Assembly: GCA_003235475.1 (NCBI GenBank) | Contig: QJWC01000079.1 | Location: 15,335 to 79,334 of the forward strand | Source of the DNA: Acidimicrobiia bacterium | GTDB lineage: Bacteria > Actinomycetota > Acidimicrobiia > Spongiisociales > UBA5794 | DNA: 64,000 nucleotides | Direction: 5' to 3' | In this document: one piece after another, positions 53,735-63,565 of the stretch | How the letters are laid out: each line of letters opens with the position of its first letter | Position numbering within the stretch: the stretch's first letter is position 1 | Program-made: the position numbers and the translations under genes | The notes under the pieces: generated by a model | What the model was told of the DNA's origin: nothing | Database searches by the model: none | What the model saw: only the letters and a program-made list of their open reading frames with translations

Positions 53735-54756
53735 CCTGGCGCGGCGTCATCGCCGAACACCGCGAGTCGCTACCAGTGACGGACGCGACCCCTGTCGTGA
53801 CGCTGCTCGAGGGCGGCACGCCGCTGATTCCCGCGCCCGCGGTCTCCGACATCGTGCGGCGCGACGTGTTCCTCAAGTTCGAGGGCATGAACCCGACCGG
53901 ATCGTTCAAGGATCGCGGGATGACGCTCGCGGTTTCGAAGGCGATCGAGGAGGGGGCGTCTGCGATTGCCTGTGCGTCGACGGGGAACACTTCAGCGTCA
54001 GCAGCTGCGTATGCGGCGCGCGCTGGGATTCCCTGCCTCGTCGTGTTGCCTGCGGGGAAGATCGCGGCCGGAAAGCTCGCGCAAGCCTTTGCCCACGGCG
54101 CAACCGTCGTGCCGATCGAAGGGAACTTCGACGACGCTCTCGAGATCGTCCGGAGCCTTGCCTCCGACCTCGGCGTCGCCCTCGTCAACTCGGTCAACCC
54201 GTATCGCATCGAGGCGCAGAAGACCGCTGCGTTCGAGGTGCTCGACGACCTCGGCCATGCACCGGTGGTCCATGCCCTGCCGGTCGGTAATGCTGGCAAC
54301 ATCACCGCCTATTGGAGGGGGTACACGGAGCGGGGCGCCGGGCCGCACATGTGGGGGTTCCAGGCTGCTGGTTCTGCGCCGCTCGTGCACGGCGAGATCG
54401 TCGAGAACCCCGAGACGGTCGCGACCGCGATCCGTATCGGGAACCCGGCATCGTGGGATGCGGCGATCATCGCACGCGACGACTCGGCCGGGCGTATCGA
54501 TGCCGTCACGGACGAAGAAATCCTCGCCGCGTATGCCCTCCTGTCCGAGCGGGTCGGCGTGTACTGCGAGCCTGCGTCCGCGGCAGGTGTCGCCGGGATC
54601 ATCAAGCATGCTGATGCGCTGCCCGAGGGCACCATCGTCTGCACGATCACCGGCCATGGCCTCAAGGACCCGGACACTGCAACGGCGCGTATCGACCTCC
54701 CCGCCACCGTTCCTGCAACGATCGAGGCCGTCGCGGCGGCTGCGGAGCTCGGCTGA
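53731..54756 (+). CDS. thrC: Threonine synthase
   Basis: GTG start within GTGA overlaps the hom stop. [10 protein letters not shown] and [14 protein letters not shown] (PLP lysine motif). STGNTSAS. About 341 aa. The longer 422-aa track ORF has an Arg-rich head inside hom. Confidence 0.93.
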   Translation: MTWRGVIAEHRESLPVTDATPVVTLLEGGTPLIPAPAVSDIVRRDVFLKFEGMNPTGSFKDRGMTLAVSKAIEEGASAIACASTGNTSASAAAYAARAGIPCLVVLPAGKIAAGKLAQAFAHGATVVPIEGNFDDALEIVRSLASDLGVALVNSVNPYRIEAQKTAAFEVLDDLGHAPVVHALPVGNAGNITAYWRGYTERGAGPHMWGFQAAGSAPLVHGEIVENPETVATAIRIGNPASWDAAIIARDDSAGRIDAVTDEEILAAYALLSERVGVYCEPASAAGVAGIIKHADALPEGTIVCTITGHGLKDPDTATARIDLPATVPATIEAVAAAAELG

Positions 54757-54821
54757 TCGGGCGGTCCGCGAATCTGTCATACCCCCCTTCTACGATGTGA
54801 GAAGTTGGACAAGGGCAGGTA

Positions 54822-55961
54822 ATGACCAGCTTCCTCATCGTCATACTCATCGCAGCGGTCGTCGGAACGGGCGTCGCTTTGGTGTGGGCGATTCGGTCGT
54901 CGAACGGCGGCGGGAACTCCAGCGTAGAGGCTCGCCTTGCCACGATGATCCAGGCCCAACAGGCGTTGGTCGGCAAGGTCGACGCCGTGTCCCAGCAGCA
55001 GGTCGTGACGTCGCAAGCCCTCACCGACTCGCTCAGCACCTCGCAGAAGGAGCTTGCCAAGGACCTCAACGAGAAGCTGACGCAGGTGCAGGCGACGATG
55101 GGTGAGAGCCTCACGGACTCCGCGACGCAGACCGCGAAGTCGCTCGGGGAGCTCCAGCACCGCCTCGAGACGATCGACAAGGCGCAACGGAACATCACCG
55201 ACCTTTCCGAACAGGTCGTGACCCTCCAACACGTCCTCGACGACAAGCACGCCCGTGGCGCATTCGGCGAAGTGCAGCTCAACGACATCGTCGTCGACGC
55301 CCTTCCCCCGAGCGCCTACGACTTCCAGGTGGTGCTGTCGAATGCGCGCCGCGCGGACTGCGTGATCAAGCTGCCGAACCCTCCCGGTCCGATCGTCATC
55401 GACGCGAAGTTCCCGTTGACGTCCTACATGTTGATGCTCGAGACCGAGTCGGCCGATGAGCGGACGCGCCATGCGCGGCAGCTCGGCGTCGACACGAAGA
55501 AGCACATCAACGACATCGCCGAGAAATACATCCTGCCGGGCGAGACGTCAGACTCCGCGCTCATGTTCATTCCGTCGGAAGCGGTCTACGCAGAGATCCA
55601 CGCGCACCATCCCGAGGTCGTGGCACTGAGCCACAAGCGCAAGGTGTTCATCGTGTCACCGACGACGATGATGGCCACGCTCACGACGGTGCGCGCGGTG
55701 CTGAGGGATGTCCGCATGCGTGAGCAGGCGAGCCTCATCCAGGTCGAGATCTCGACGATGCTCAAGGATGTCGAACGGATGACGGACCGCGTGCGCAAGC
55801 TCGAGACGCACTTCGACCTCGCGGACCGCGACATCAAGGACATCCGCATCAGCGCGAACAAGATCGCGTCACGCGGGACGAAGATCGAAGAACTCGAACT
55901 CGACGAGCCTTCCGGTACTCAGGCCATCGCAGCTTCGGACACCCTGTCCTTCGACGACTGA
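54822..55961 (+). CDS. rmuC: DNA recombination protein RmuC
   Basis: 379 aa. N-terminal TM FLIVILIAAVVGTGVALVWAI, a long coiled-coil, then RGAFGEVQLNDIVVDALPPSAYDFQV...VIDAKFPL and the conserved RmuC nuclease-like C-terminus (MFIPSEAVY). Confidence 0.88.
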   Translation: MTSFLIVILIAAVVGTGVALVWAIRSSNGGGNSSVEARLATMIQAQQALVGKVDAVSQQQVVTSQALTDSLSTSQKELAKDLNEKLTQVQATMGESLTDSATQTAKSLGELQHRLETIDKAQRNITDLSEQVVTLQHVLDDKHARGAFGEVQLNDIVVDALPPSAYDFQVVLSNARRADCVIKLPNPPGPIVIDAKFPLTSYMLMLETESADERTRHARQLGVDTKKHINDIAEKYILPGETSDSALMFIPSEAVYAEIHAHHPEVVALSHKRKVFIVSPTTMMATLTTVRAVLRDVRMREQASLIQVEISTMLKDVERMTDRVRKLETHFDLADRDIKDIRISANKIASRGTKIEELELDEPSGTQAIAASDTLSFDD

Positions 55962-56141
55962 CCCCCGAAAGTGGGCGGATATGGAACGCCGCCGGATATA
56001 CTGCTGCGCATTCCCACCCCATTGGCCGCGTCCGGTCGTGTGTGGGTATCCCAAGCGCCATCCGGCACGAATCGCGTTGTGCGCTGATGTTCGGTCCTAG
56101 TGACCACCCGACCCCGACATCTCGAAAGGGGCACACCCGAG

Positions 56142-57590
56142 ATGAGCACCCCAAGGGCCAAGCTGCAAGAGCTCAAGCTCCCACAGCTCAGAGAAATGGC
56201 TTCCAGCGTCGACGTCGAGCACGACGGGCTCCAGAAGTCCAAGCTGATCGAGGCGATCCTCGATGCGGAGAAGTTCGACCCGTCGATGCTTCCCGAGGAC
56301 GCACCCGAAAACGTCGCTGCCGTGGCGTCCGAGTCTTCCGATGGCGACGACTCGCCACGCGACCGATCGAACGACGGTGATCGCGACGATCAGGACGGCG
56401 GTCGGAACCGGAACCGCAACCGGAACCGGAGCCGCAACCGGAGCCGCAACCGCGAGCCCATCGACGAGTCAGAGCTCGAGGTCCGGCAGGGCATCCTCGA
56501 CATCCTCCCCGAGGGATACGGATTCCTTCGCGTCAACGGCTACCTGCCGGGCGACAAGGACGTGTACGTCGCCGCGAACATCATCCGCAAGGCGCGAATC
56601 CGCAAGGGTGACATCGTCGAGGGCCCCATACGCCCCGCAAGGGCCCAGGAAAAGTTCCCCGCACTCGTGCGTGCGGTGAAGGTCAACGGCGTCGATCCGG
56701 AGGAGGCGGCCGAGCGCCCCAAGTTCGCCAAGCTCACACCGCTGTTCCCAGATGAGCGTCTTCGACTCGAGGTCGATGGGCACCCAGGACTGATGATGGC
56801 TCGCATCATCGACCTCATCGCCCCGATCGGCAAGGGCCAGCGCGGTCTCATCGTGTCGCCGCCGAAGGCCGGTAAGACGACCGTCCTGAAGGATGTCGCC
56901 AACTCGATCGCCGCGAACAACCCTGAGTGCCATCTCATGGTCGTCCTCGTCGACGAGCGTCCGGAGGAAGTCACGGACATGCAGCGTTCGGTGAAGGGCG
57001 AGGTCATCTTCTCGACGTTCGACCGACCCGCCGAGGAGCACACGCAGGTGTCAGAGCTCGCGATCGAGCGCGCGAAGCGTCTCGTCGAGGGTGGCATGGA
57101 CGTCGTGATCCTGCTCGATTCGATCACTCGACTCGCCAGGGCCCACAACCTTGCAACGCCCGCCTCGGGCCGGATCCTTTCCGGTGGCGTGGACTCGACG
57201 GCGCTCTATCCGCCGAAGCGCTTCTTCGGCGCAGCGCGAAACATCGAGGAGGGCGGAAGCCTCACGATCCTCGGTACCGCGCTCGTCGAGACGGGTAGCC
57301 GTATGGACGAGGTCATCTTCGAGGAGTTCAAGGGCACCGGCAACATGGAGCTTCGCCTCGACCGCAAGCTGGCCGACAAGCGCATCTACCCGGCGATCGA
57401 CATCGAGTCGTCTGGCACGAGGCGTGAGGAGCTCCTGTTCGACCGCACGGAGCTGCAGGAAGTCTGGAAACTGCGTCGCGTCCTGCTCGCACTCGAATCC
57501 GGGCCCGCGCTCGAGCTGCTCATCGACAGGCTCAAGAGCACGAAGTCAAACGCTGAGTTCCTCGACTCTGTCGCCAAGAGCGGTCAGTAG
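56142..57590 (+). CDS. rho: Transcription termination factor Rho (with Arg/Asn/Asp-rich N-terminal insertion)
   Basis: Rho_[11 protein letters not shown]. Cold-shock-like RNA-binding domain [14 protein letters not shown]. Walker [28 protein letters not shown]. Start at the internal [11 protein letters not shown]. Confidence 0.96.
   Translation: MSTPRAKLQELKLPQLREMASSVDVEHDGLQKSKLIEAILDAEKFDPSMLPEDAPENVAAVASESSDGDDSPRDRSNDGDRDDQDGGRNRNRNRNRSRNRSRNREPIDESELEVRQGILDILPEGYGFLRVNGYLPGDKDVYVAANIIRKARIRKGDIVEGPIRPARAQEKFPALVRAVKVNGVDPEEAAERPKFAKLTPLFPDERLRLEVDGHPGLMMARIIDLIAPIGKGQRGLIVSPPKAGKTTVLKDVANSIAANNPECHLMVVLVDERPEEVTDMQRSVKGEVIFSTFDRPAEEHTQVSELAIERAKRLVEGGMDVVILLDSITRLARAHNLATPASGRILSGGVDSTALYPPKRFFGAARNIEEGGSLTILGTALVETGSRMDEVIFEEFKGTGNMELRLDRKLADKRIYPAIDIESSGTRREELLFDRTELQEVWKLRRVLLALESGPALELLIDRLKSTKSNAEFLDSVAKSGQ
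56403..56453 (+). repeat. Hexanucleotide tandem repeat (CGGAAC/CGCAAC/CGGAGC)x8 encoding [17 protein letters not shown] inside rho
   Basis: Read directly: cggaac cggaac cgcaac cggaac cggagc cgcaac cggagc cgcaac cgc. In frame within the Rho N-terminal insertion. Confidence 0.85.
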
Positions 57591-57628
57591 CGACACCATT
57601 AGAGTTCCGGAAAACATCAGGAGTACAC

Positions 57629-57949
57629 GTGAAGTCTGACATCCACCCGAACTACCGACCAGTGGTCTTCCAGGACAGCTCGTCGGATTTCAAATTCCTC
57701 ACGAAGTCGACGATCGAGACGTCTGAGACCATCGAGTGGGATGACGGCAACACCTATCCGCTCGCAAAGGTCGAGATCTCTTCAGCGAGCCATCCCTTCT
57801 ACACGGGCAAGCAGATCCTCGTCGACACGACGGGCCGCGTCGAGCGGTTCCGCCGCCGCTACGGCCAGACATCGAACGCCGAAGCGGCACCTGAAGCCGC
57901 TGCCGAGGCCGCCTCGGACGACACCCCCGCGGAAGCCACGGAGGGCTAG
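57629..57949 (+). CDS. rpmE: 50S ribosomal protein L31, type B (Cys-less) with acidic Ala/Glu-rich tail
   Basis: [16 protein letters not shown]...[12 protein letters not shown] is the L31 signature. There is no CxxC pair anywhere, so it is the zinc-independent type. A 35-aa low-complexity tail follows. GTG start with GGAG upstream. Confidence 0.9.
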   Translation: MKSDIHPNYRPVVFQDSSSDFKFLTKSTIETSETIEWDDGNTYPLAKVEISSASHPFYTGKQILVDTTGRVERFRRRYGQTSNAEAAPEAAAEAASDDTPAEATEG

Positions 57950-58894
57950 TTGAGCCGAGCTCCTGGCGCGTCAGTTGGCGGCCAGGCGGTTCTCGAGGGC
58001 GTCATGATGCGCGCTCCCGACGCCTGGGCTGTCGCCGTGCGTCGCCCGGACGACATCATCGAGGCGAAGCGCCACGTTCTCCCTGCACTCAGCAGCAGGA
58101 ACCGGCTCGCGAAGGTGCCGTTCCTTCGAGGCATCTTCGTGCTGATTGAATCGCTCACCCTCGGATTCCGGGCGCTGTCATGGTCAGCTGAAAAAGCCGG
58201 CGACGACGAGGATCCGATTGGACGACGCGAGGTTGTGATCACGATGGTGATCGCGATCGGCGCCGCCCTGGCAATCTTCGTGATCGGCCCGGCCTTCGCG
58301 GCTCACTGGCTCAAGGAGCTCGTAGGCGGGAACTCCCTTCTGTTCGTCGTGCTCGATGGGCTGCTGAGGATCTTCCTGATCGTCGGCTACATATGGCTCG
58401 TCGGTCGGAATCCCGATATCCAGCGCGTATTCCAGTACCACGGCGCCGAGCACAAGACGATCCACGCCTACGAGAACGGCGACCCTCTCGACATCAGCCA
58501 CATCCAGGAATACAGCCCCCGGCACCCCCGGTGCGGCACTTCGTTCATCATCATCGTTGCGATGGTGGCGTTCGTCGTCTTTCTGACCCTCGCGCCGCTG
58601 CCGTTCGCCGTGCAGGTCATCGCGCGCGTCGCGCTGATTCCGGTCATCGCGGGCGTGTCGTATGAGGTGCTGCGGGCCGCCGCCGGGAAACCGTGGCTCG
58701 CATGGGCGTCGCGGCCCGGAATGTGGATCCAAGCCATCACCACGAAAGAGCCCGAAGACGACATGGTCGAGGTGGCGGTCGCTTCGCTGCTTGCCGCGCT
58801 CGAGCCCGATGCCGTCGAGGAGGTCAAGGAGCGCGGTGAGGTCGCCCCTGCCGCACTCGCCGCCGAATACGACCTCGGGTCGAACGATGGATGA
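57950..58894 (+). CDS. DUF1385 family membrane-associated protein
   Basis: VGGQAVLEGVMMR at the N-terminus, FQYHGAEHK and PRCGTSF motifs with TM segments match DUF1385. A TTG start immediately follows the rpmE stop, so the exact start is uncertain. Confidence 0.85.
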   Translation: MSRAPGASVGGQAVLEGVMMRAPDAWAVAVRRPDDIIEAKRHVLPALSSRNRLAKVPFLRGIFVLIESLTLGFRALSWSAEKAGDDEDPIGRREVVITMVIAIGAALAIFVIGPAFAAHWLKELVGGNSLLFVVLDGLLRIFLIVGYIWLVGRNPDIQRVFQYHGAEHKTIHAYENGDPLDISHIQEYSPRHPRCGTSFIIIVAMVAFVVFLTLAPLPFAVQVIARVALIPVIAGVSYEVLRAAAGKPWLAWASRPGMWIQAITTKEPEDDMVEVAVASLLAALEPDAVEEVKERGEVAPAALAAEYDLGSNDG

Positions 58895-59966
58895 TTCCCT
58901 CAGACGGCGCCTCGACCAGATAGGCGAAGCGTTCGAAGCGACACTCGAGCAGCTTGCCGACCCCGAGGTGCTCGGAGACCAGGACAAGTACCGCGAGGTG
59001 GCGACGCGCCACTCTGAGCTCAAGGCCATCGTGGAGACCTATCGCGAGTACGTCGCTGCCGAAACCGAGATCGCTGAAGCTTCCGAACTCGCGGACGGGG
59101 ATGTCGACGACGACATGGCGGGCTACCTCGATACGACCATCGCGGAGCAGACGGCGTTGCGCGACCGTCTCGATCAGGAACTGCGCGTGTTGCTCGTTCC
59201 AAAGGACCCGGACGACGACAAGGACGTCATCATCGAGATCCGATCCGCTGCTGGCGGGGACGAGGCCGCGCTGTGGGCCGCCGACCTCTATCGCATGTAC
59301 GAGCGGTACGCCGAGCGCAACGGCTGGGGGGTTGAGGCGATCAACGTGTCACCCACGGACGGCGGCGGCCTCAAGGATGCGACGATCGCGATCAAGGGCA
59401 AGGGCGCCTACTCGAGGTTCAAGTTCGAGGCAGGCCCCCATCGGGTCCAGCGCGTGCCCAAGACCGAGTCGCAGGGACGCGTGCACACATCGGTCGGCAC
59501 GGTTGCCGTCCTTCCCGAGGTCGAGGACGTCGAGGTGGAGATCCACGACAACGACCTCATCGTCGAGACGATGCGATCCCAGGGCCCCGGTGGCCAGTCG
59601 GTGAACACGACGGATTCTGCGGTTCGCATCACGCACACTCCGACCGGCATCGTGGTGTCGTGCCAAGACGAGAAGTCGCAGTTGCAGAACAAGCTGAAGG
59701 CGATGCGCGTGCTTCGCGCGAGGCTGTACCAGATCCAGCTCGCGGAACAGCTCGGCGAGCGTGCGTCGGTGCGCCGGTCGCAGGTGGGATCGGGCGAGCG
59801 CGCCGAGAAGATCCGCACGTACAACTTCAAGGAGAACCGCGTCACGGACCACAGGATCGGGCTCACCGTGCACAACCTTCCTGACGTCCTCGACGGTGAC
59901 CTCGCCGCGATCCATGAAGCCCTCGCCGCGGACGATGTGGCGCGCAAGCTCGCAGAGGGCGCGTGA
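58887..59966 (+). CDS. prfA: Peptide chain release factor 1
   Basis: Internal ATG MDDSLRRRLDQIGEAFE overlaps the DUF1385 stop by 8 nt. RF1-type PxT tripeptide (VPKTES) and GGQ motif (QGPGGQSVNTTDSAVRITH). Confidence 0.95.
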   Translation: MDDSLRRRLDQIGEAFEATLEQLADPEVLGDQDKYREVATRHSELKAIVETYREYVAAETEIAEASELADGDVDDDMAGYLDTTIAEQTALRDRLDQELRVLLVPKDPDDDKDVIIEIRSAAGGDEAALWAADLYRMYERYAERNGWGVEAINVSPTDGGGLKDATIAIKGKGAYSRFKFEAGPHRVQRVPKTESQGRVHTSVGTVAVLPEVEDVEVEIHDNDLIVETMRSQGPGGQSVNTTDSAVRITHTPTGIVVSCQDEKSQLQNKLKAMRVLRARLYQIQLAEQLGERASVRRSQVGSGERAEKIRTYNFKENRVTDHRIGLTVHNLPDVLDGDLAAIHEALAADDVARKLAEGA

Positions 59967-60778
59967 CGTCGGGCATCGGTTCCCGGAGCCTCATCGATCA
60001 ATCCGGGATCCCGGAACACGAAGCCGTCAGGCTCCTTGCAAAGGCCACGAACACCTCTCGTGGCGTGCTGTTGCTCGACACCGACGTCACGCCCGATCAC
60101 GCCAAGGCATTCGGTGCAATGGTCGAACGGCGCCGGAACGGCGAGCCGCTGCAGTACATCGAGGGCGATGTCCCCTTCGGCGGTGCCCTCATCGCGGTCG
60201 ACGAGCGCGTCCTCATCCCGCGGCCCGAGACCGAGGAGATGCTGCACATCGCACTGGCGCGGGTGCCTGCACCCCGCACGGTGGTCGACCTGTGCACTGG
60301 AAGCGGGAATCTCGCCATCTCGATCGCCCTCGCGGCGCCAGACGCCGAGGTCTTCGCTACCGACATCTCCGCAGACGCCGTTGCCGTCGCAAGGTCCAAC
60401 GCCGAATCGAACGGCGTGCCTGTGTGGATTTCGTGCGGGAACCTCTTCGACCCGCTTCCCGATTCGATCAAGGGGTCCGTCGACCTCCTCGTGGCGAACC
60501 CGCCGTACCTCGCGGACCACGAACTCTCCGATCTGGACGGTGACGTCCTTCGCGAACCCCACCGTGCGCTCACGGCCGGGCCCGTCGGCGACGAGGTGAT
60601 CCGTGCCATCGGCGCTGAAGCTGGGCAATGGCTCGCACCGGGAGGCTTTCTCGCCTGCGAAGTGTCGGAGTTCAGGGCAGACATCGCTCCTTCGTTCTTC
60701 GTCGACGTCGACTGCCACCTCGAGGTCGACATGTTCGGCAAACCTCGCTTCGTGATCGGAACTCGGGGAGGGGAGTAG
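59963..60778 (+). CDS. prmC: Release factor glutamine N5-methyltransferase
   Basis: EPLQYIEGDVPF, SAM motif VVDLCTGSGNLAISIA and catalytic LLVANPPYL. 4-nt overlap with prfA. Confidence 0.92.
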   Translation: MTSGIGSRSLIDQSGIPEHEAVRLLAKATNTSRGVLLLDTDVTPDHAKAFGAMVERRRNGEPLQYIEGDVPFGGALIAVDERVLIPRPETEEMLHIALARVPAPRTVVDLCTGSGNLAISIALAAPDAEVFATDISADAVAVARSNAESNGVPVWISCGNLFDPLPDSIKGSVDLLVANPPYLADHELSDLDGDVLREPHRALTAGPVGDEVIRAIGAEAGQWLAPGGFLACEVSEFRADIAPSFFVDVDCHLEVDMFGKPRFVIGTRGGE

Positions 60779-60779
60779 C

Positions 60780-61367
60780 GTGACGGATCGACCCAGGAGG
60801 GCGACGGTGGACGTTTCCGCAGCAGTACGAGCCATCAAGCGTGGAGAGGTGGTCGGCGTACCGACCGACACCGTGTATGGCCTCGCGGCGGATCCTTACG
60901 ACGAGGCGGCGCTCGACCGGCTGTACGACGTGAAGGGCAGGGAGAGCGGAAAGCCGATCGCGTTGCTCGTGGCCGATCTGGATCAGGGCCTCGAACTCGG
61001 GGCGATGACCGACCGCGCCCTCGACCTCGCTGCGAAGCACTGGCCCGGAGCGCTCACGCTGGTCGTGCCGCGCCTCGACACTGCGCCTGCGTGGCTCGGT
61101 GATCCGAAGAGGAGGACCATTGCCCTCCGTTGTCCAGACCACGACGTCGCGCTCGCACTCCTCAGGTCAACGGGCCCTTTGGCCGTGACGTCCGCCAATG
61201 TCTCCGAGGACCAGCCGGTGAATTCTGCGGAGGACGCCGAAGCCGTCTTTGGAGGGAGCGTGCTGACGTATCTGCCCGGGGAGGCAGGCGGTGGTGAACC
61301 CTCGACCCTCGTCGACCTCACGCGGCCGACCGAAGTGGTGCTGAGGAGGGGGCCGGTACGCCCGTGA
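60780..61367 (+). CDS. tsaC: L-threonylcarbamoyladenylate synthase (TsaC/YwlC/Sua5 N-domain type)
   Basis: VVGVPTDTVYGLAADP, YDVKGRESGKPIALLVAD, TLVVPR and VTSANVSE are the YrdC-domain motifs. 195 aa from a GTG start. Confidence 0.9.
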   Translation: MTDRPRRATVDVSAAVRAIKRGEVVGVPTDTVYGLAADPYDEAALDRLYDVKGRESGKPIALLVADLDQGLELGAMTDRALDLAAKHWPGALTLVVPRLDTAPAWLGDPKRRTIALRCPDHDVALALLRSTGPLAVTSANVSEDQPVNSAEDAEAVFGGSVLTYLPGEAGGGEPSTLVDLTRPTEVVLRRGPVRP

Positions 61368-61870
61368 GGTCAGGGAAGTGGTTCGCGATCATCACAGCCA
61401 CGATCGTCTGGACCATGGCGCTGTGGTTCGGGTTCATCTCGATACCGAGCCAGAAATCGGTTGGCTTCGTCATCATCGGTGTCGGGCTCATCTTCGCGAT
61501 GTACCTCCTCGCCGGGTTCAGCGGGGGTGCCGAGCCAGCCGATGTGGGCTTTCGGGCGGCAGTGGTGGCGCTCCTTGTCGCGTTGGCGTTGCTGATGATC
61601 GGTGGGGCGACGGACATCGATTTGTTCTCCGTTGCGGCGCCAATCGCGGGCGCAGGGACGGGCGCTTCCCTGGCAATCCCCCCGGCTGGTGACGTGTCCC
61701 GCATCGTGACGCGGGTCTCGTTCGTCGTTGCCCTCGCGATGATCTTGTATTGGGTGTGGGGGGTTGACAGCACCGTCTATGGAGCAACGGCGCCGCTCTT
61801 CGTGTTCACCGTCGTGGGCATCGCCGACATCGGCTACGAACGATCCCGCCAGGTCCTCGCCGAGGAGTGA
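61364..61870 (+). CDS. Hypothetical polytopic membrane protein
   Basis: 168 aa with 4-5 hydrophobic helices. 4-nt overlap with tsaC. No motif recognised. Confidence 0.6.
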   Translation: MRSGKWFAIITATIVWTMALWFGFISIPSQKSVGFVIIGVGLIFAMYLLAGFSGGAEPADVGFRAAVVALLVALALLMIGGATDIDLFSVAAPIAGAGTGASLAIPPAGDVSRIVTRVSFVVALAMILYWVWGVDSTVYGATAPLFVFTVVGIADIGYERSRQVLAEE

Positions 61871-61937
61871 CCTCGCAGACGTGTGGGCGGCCCCATCACC
61901 ATTAGATTTGCTGCCGCGCTCGCCGACAGGAGAACCC

Positions 61938-63218
61938 ATGACCGACATGTCGCCCCTCGCTGAGGCTGACCCGACCCTCGCCGGGTTGATCACCAAGGAC
62001 GCCCAGCGGCAGCGAGCGAAGATCCAGCTCATCGCAAGCGAGAACTTCGTGAGCACGGCCATGATGCAGGCCACCGGGTCCGTCCTCGCAAACAAGTATT
62101 CGGAGGGTTACCCCGGCCGAAGGTACTACGAGGGTTGTGAGGTTGTCGACGAGGTCGAGACGCTCGCGATAGAGCGGGCGAAGGCACTCTTCGGGTCGGA
62201 TCACGCCAACGTCCAACCCCACTCTGGGTCCCAAGCGAACATGGCGGCGTACTTCGCCGTGGCCGAACATGGGGACACGATCCTCGGTATGCGCCTCGAC
62301 CAGGGAGGGCACCTCACCCATGGCTCGCCGGTGAGTTTCTCGGGGAAGATGTTCAACATCGTCGCGTACGGCCTCGACTCGGAGACCGAACAGGTCAACA
62401 TGGACGAGGTTCGACGGCTCGCGATCGAGCACAAGCCGCGTGTCATCGTCGCTGGCTACTCGTCGTACTCGAAGATCCTCGACTGGGCAGCTTTCCGCTC
62501 CGTCGCCGACGAGGTCGACGCGGTGCTCTTGGTCGACATCGCCCACATCATCGGCCTCGTCGCGGGCGGCGCCCATCCGAGTCCGGTGCCGTACGCCGAC
62601 ATCGTCACCGCCACCACGCACAAGGCGCTTCGTGGGCCACGCGGTGGGCTGATCCTGTGTACGGAGGAATATGCGAAGGCCGTCGACAAGGCGGTCTTCC
62701 CCTTCTCCCAGGGAGGGGCGATCAATCACCAGATCGCAGGGAAGGCACTGTGCTTCCTCCAGGCCGGAACACCCGAGTTCTCGGCGTACGCGCACCAGAT
62801 CGTGCGGAACGCCTCGGTCCTCGCAGACACGATGACGAGCCTCGGCGCACGCATCGTCTCGGGAGGAACCGAGAACCACATGTTCCTCGTCGACCTGCGA
62901 TCGATTGACGAGGAACTGACCGGGAAGGAAGCCGCGACCCTGCTCGACGACATGGGCATCACCCTGAACCGCAACGCCATCCCCTTCGACCCGAGGTCGC
63001 CTTTCATCACCTCTGGAATCCGGATCGGGACGCCGGCGGTGACCACGGCGGGGATGCGCCAGGAGCAGATGGTCACCCTGGGCACCCTCATCATCGAGAT
63101 CCTGAAGCACCGGGACGACGCGGGCGTGCTCGAACCGCTCCGCGACCATGTTCGCGAGCTCGCCGACGCATTTCCTGCGTATCCGGCGGATTTCGACGGG
63201 TACGTCGCCGTCAGCTAA
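61938..63218 (+). CDS. glyA: Serine hydroxymethyltransferase
   Basis: Internal ATG preceded by AGGAGA. LIASENF, YSEGYPGRRYYEGC, VQPHSGSQAN and TTHKALRGPRGG (PLP lysine). Confidence 0.96.
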   Translation: MTDMSPLAEADPTLAGLITKDAQRQRAKIQLIASENFVSTAMMQATGSVLANKYSEGYPGRRYYEGCEVVDEVETLAIERAKALFGSDHANVQPHSGSQANMAAYFAVAEHGDTILGMRLDQGGHLTHGSPVSFSGKMFNIVAYGLDSETEQVNMDEVRRLAIEHKPRVIVAGYSSYSKILDWAAFRSVADEVDAVLLVDIAHIIGLVAGGAHPSPVPYADIVTATTHKALRGPRGGLILCTEEYAKAVDKAVFPFSQGGAINHQIAGKALCFLQAGTPEFSAYAHQIVRNASVLADTMTSLGARIVSGGTENHMFLVDLRSIDEELTGKEAATLLDDMGITLNRNAIPFDPRSPFITSGIRIGTPAVTTAGMRQEQMVTLGTLIIEILKHRDDAGVLEPLRDHVRELADAFPAYPADFDGYVAVS

Positions 63219-63319
63219 CCCCCGAAACCCTGCCAGAATCGGGTCGCGGCGGTTGCGAGTGGTGACGCGCGTCCTCCTATCGTTCCGCCGTCAACGCAAC
63301 CTTCCGGAGAGTTCCACAA

Positions 63320-63565
63320 GTGGAAACCACCACCCACAAGGGCGAGATGATTCGCGGCTGGTCTGGCGCCGGTGATGTCTTCAGCTCCGTGTTGGCAGGC
63401 CTTCTGATCGGGCTTGCGCTCGACGCATGGCTCGACACCACCCCGCTCTTCGTCGTGTTGTTCGTCATTGCGGCTTCGGTGGGTGCGTTCTTCAAGGTCA
63501 GGGCAGACACAGAAGCCTTCGACCATCACGCCGAAGCAGCGATTCGAGGTCGAGATGGACGTTGA
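63320..63565 (+). CDS. AtpZ/AtpI-like small membrane protein (atp operon leader gene)
   Basis: 81 aa from a GTG start with two TM helices (VFSSVLAGLLIGLALDAWL, LFVVLFVIAASVGAFF). Its position after glyA and before an AtpI-like ORF matches the layout upstream of actinobacterial atp operons. Family call from memory. Confidence 0.55.
   Translation: METTTHKGEMIRGWSGAGDVFSSVLAGLLIGLALDAWLDTTPLFVVLFVIAASVGAFFKVRADTEAFDHHAEAAIRGRDGR

Noticed and set aside
55962-55972. Identical 9-mer CCCCCGAAA immediately after the stop codons of rmuC (55962) and glyA (63219)
   Set aside because: It is striking but short. Only the rmuC copy can form a weak GAAA-loop hairpin (CCCCC/GTGGG with a mismatch). There is no further shared flank, so it is probably coincidence.
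59408-60871. 487-aa minus-strand ORF
   Set aside because: It is antisense to prfA and prmC, both with diagnostic GGQ and NPPY motifs. It is a low-complexity Arg/Ser/Pro product.
61871-61937. Possible riboswitch (ZTP/THF type) in front of glyA
   Set aside because: The gap is only 67 nt and shows none of the conserved ZTP or THF core sequences I can recall. An ordinary SD (AGGAGA) precedes the ATG.
61902-63149. 415-aa minus-strand ORF
   Set aside because: It is antisense to glyA (SHMT), whose identity is unambiguous.
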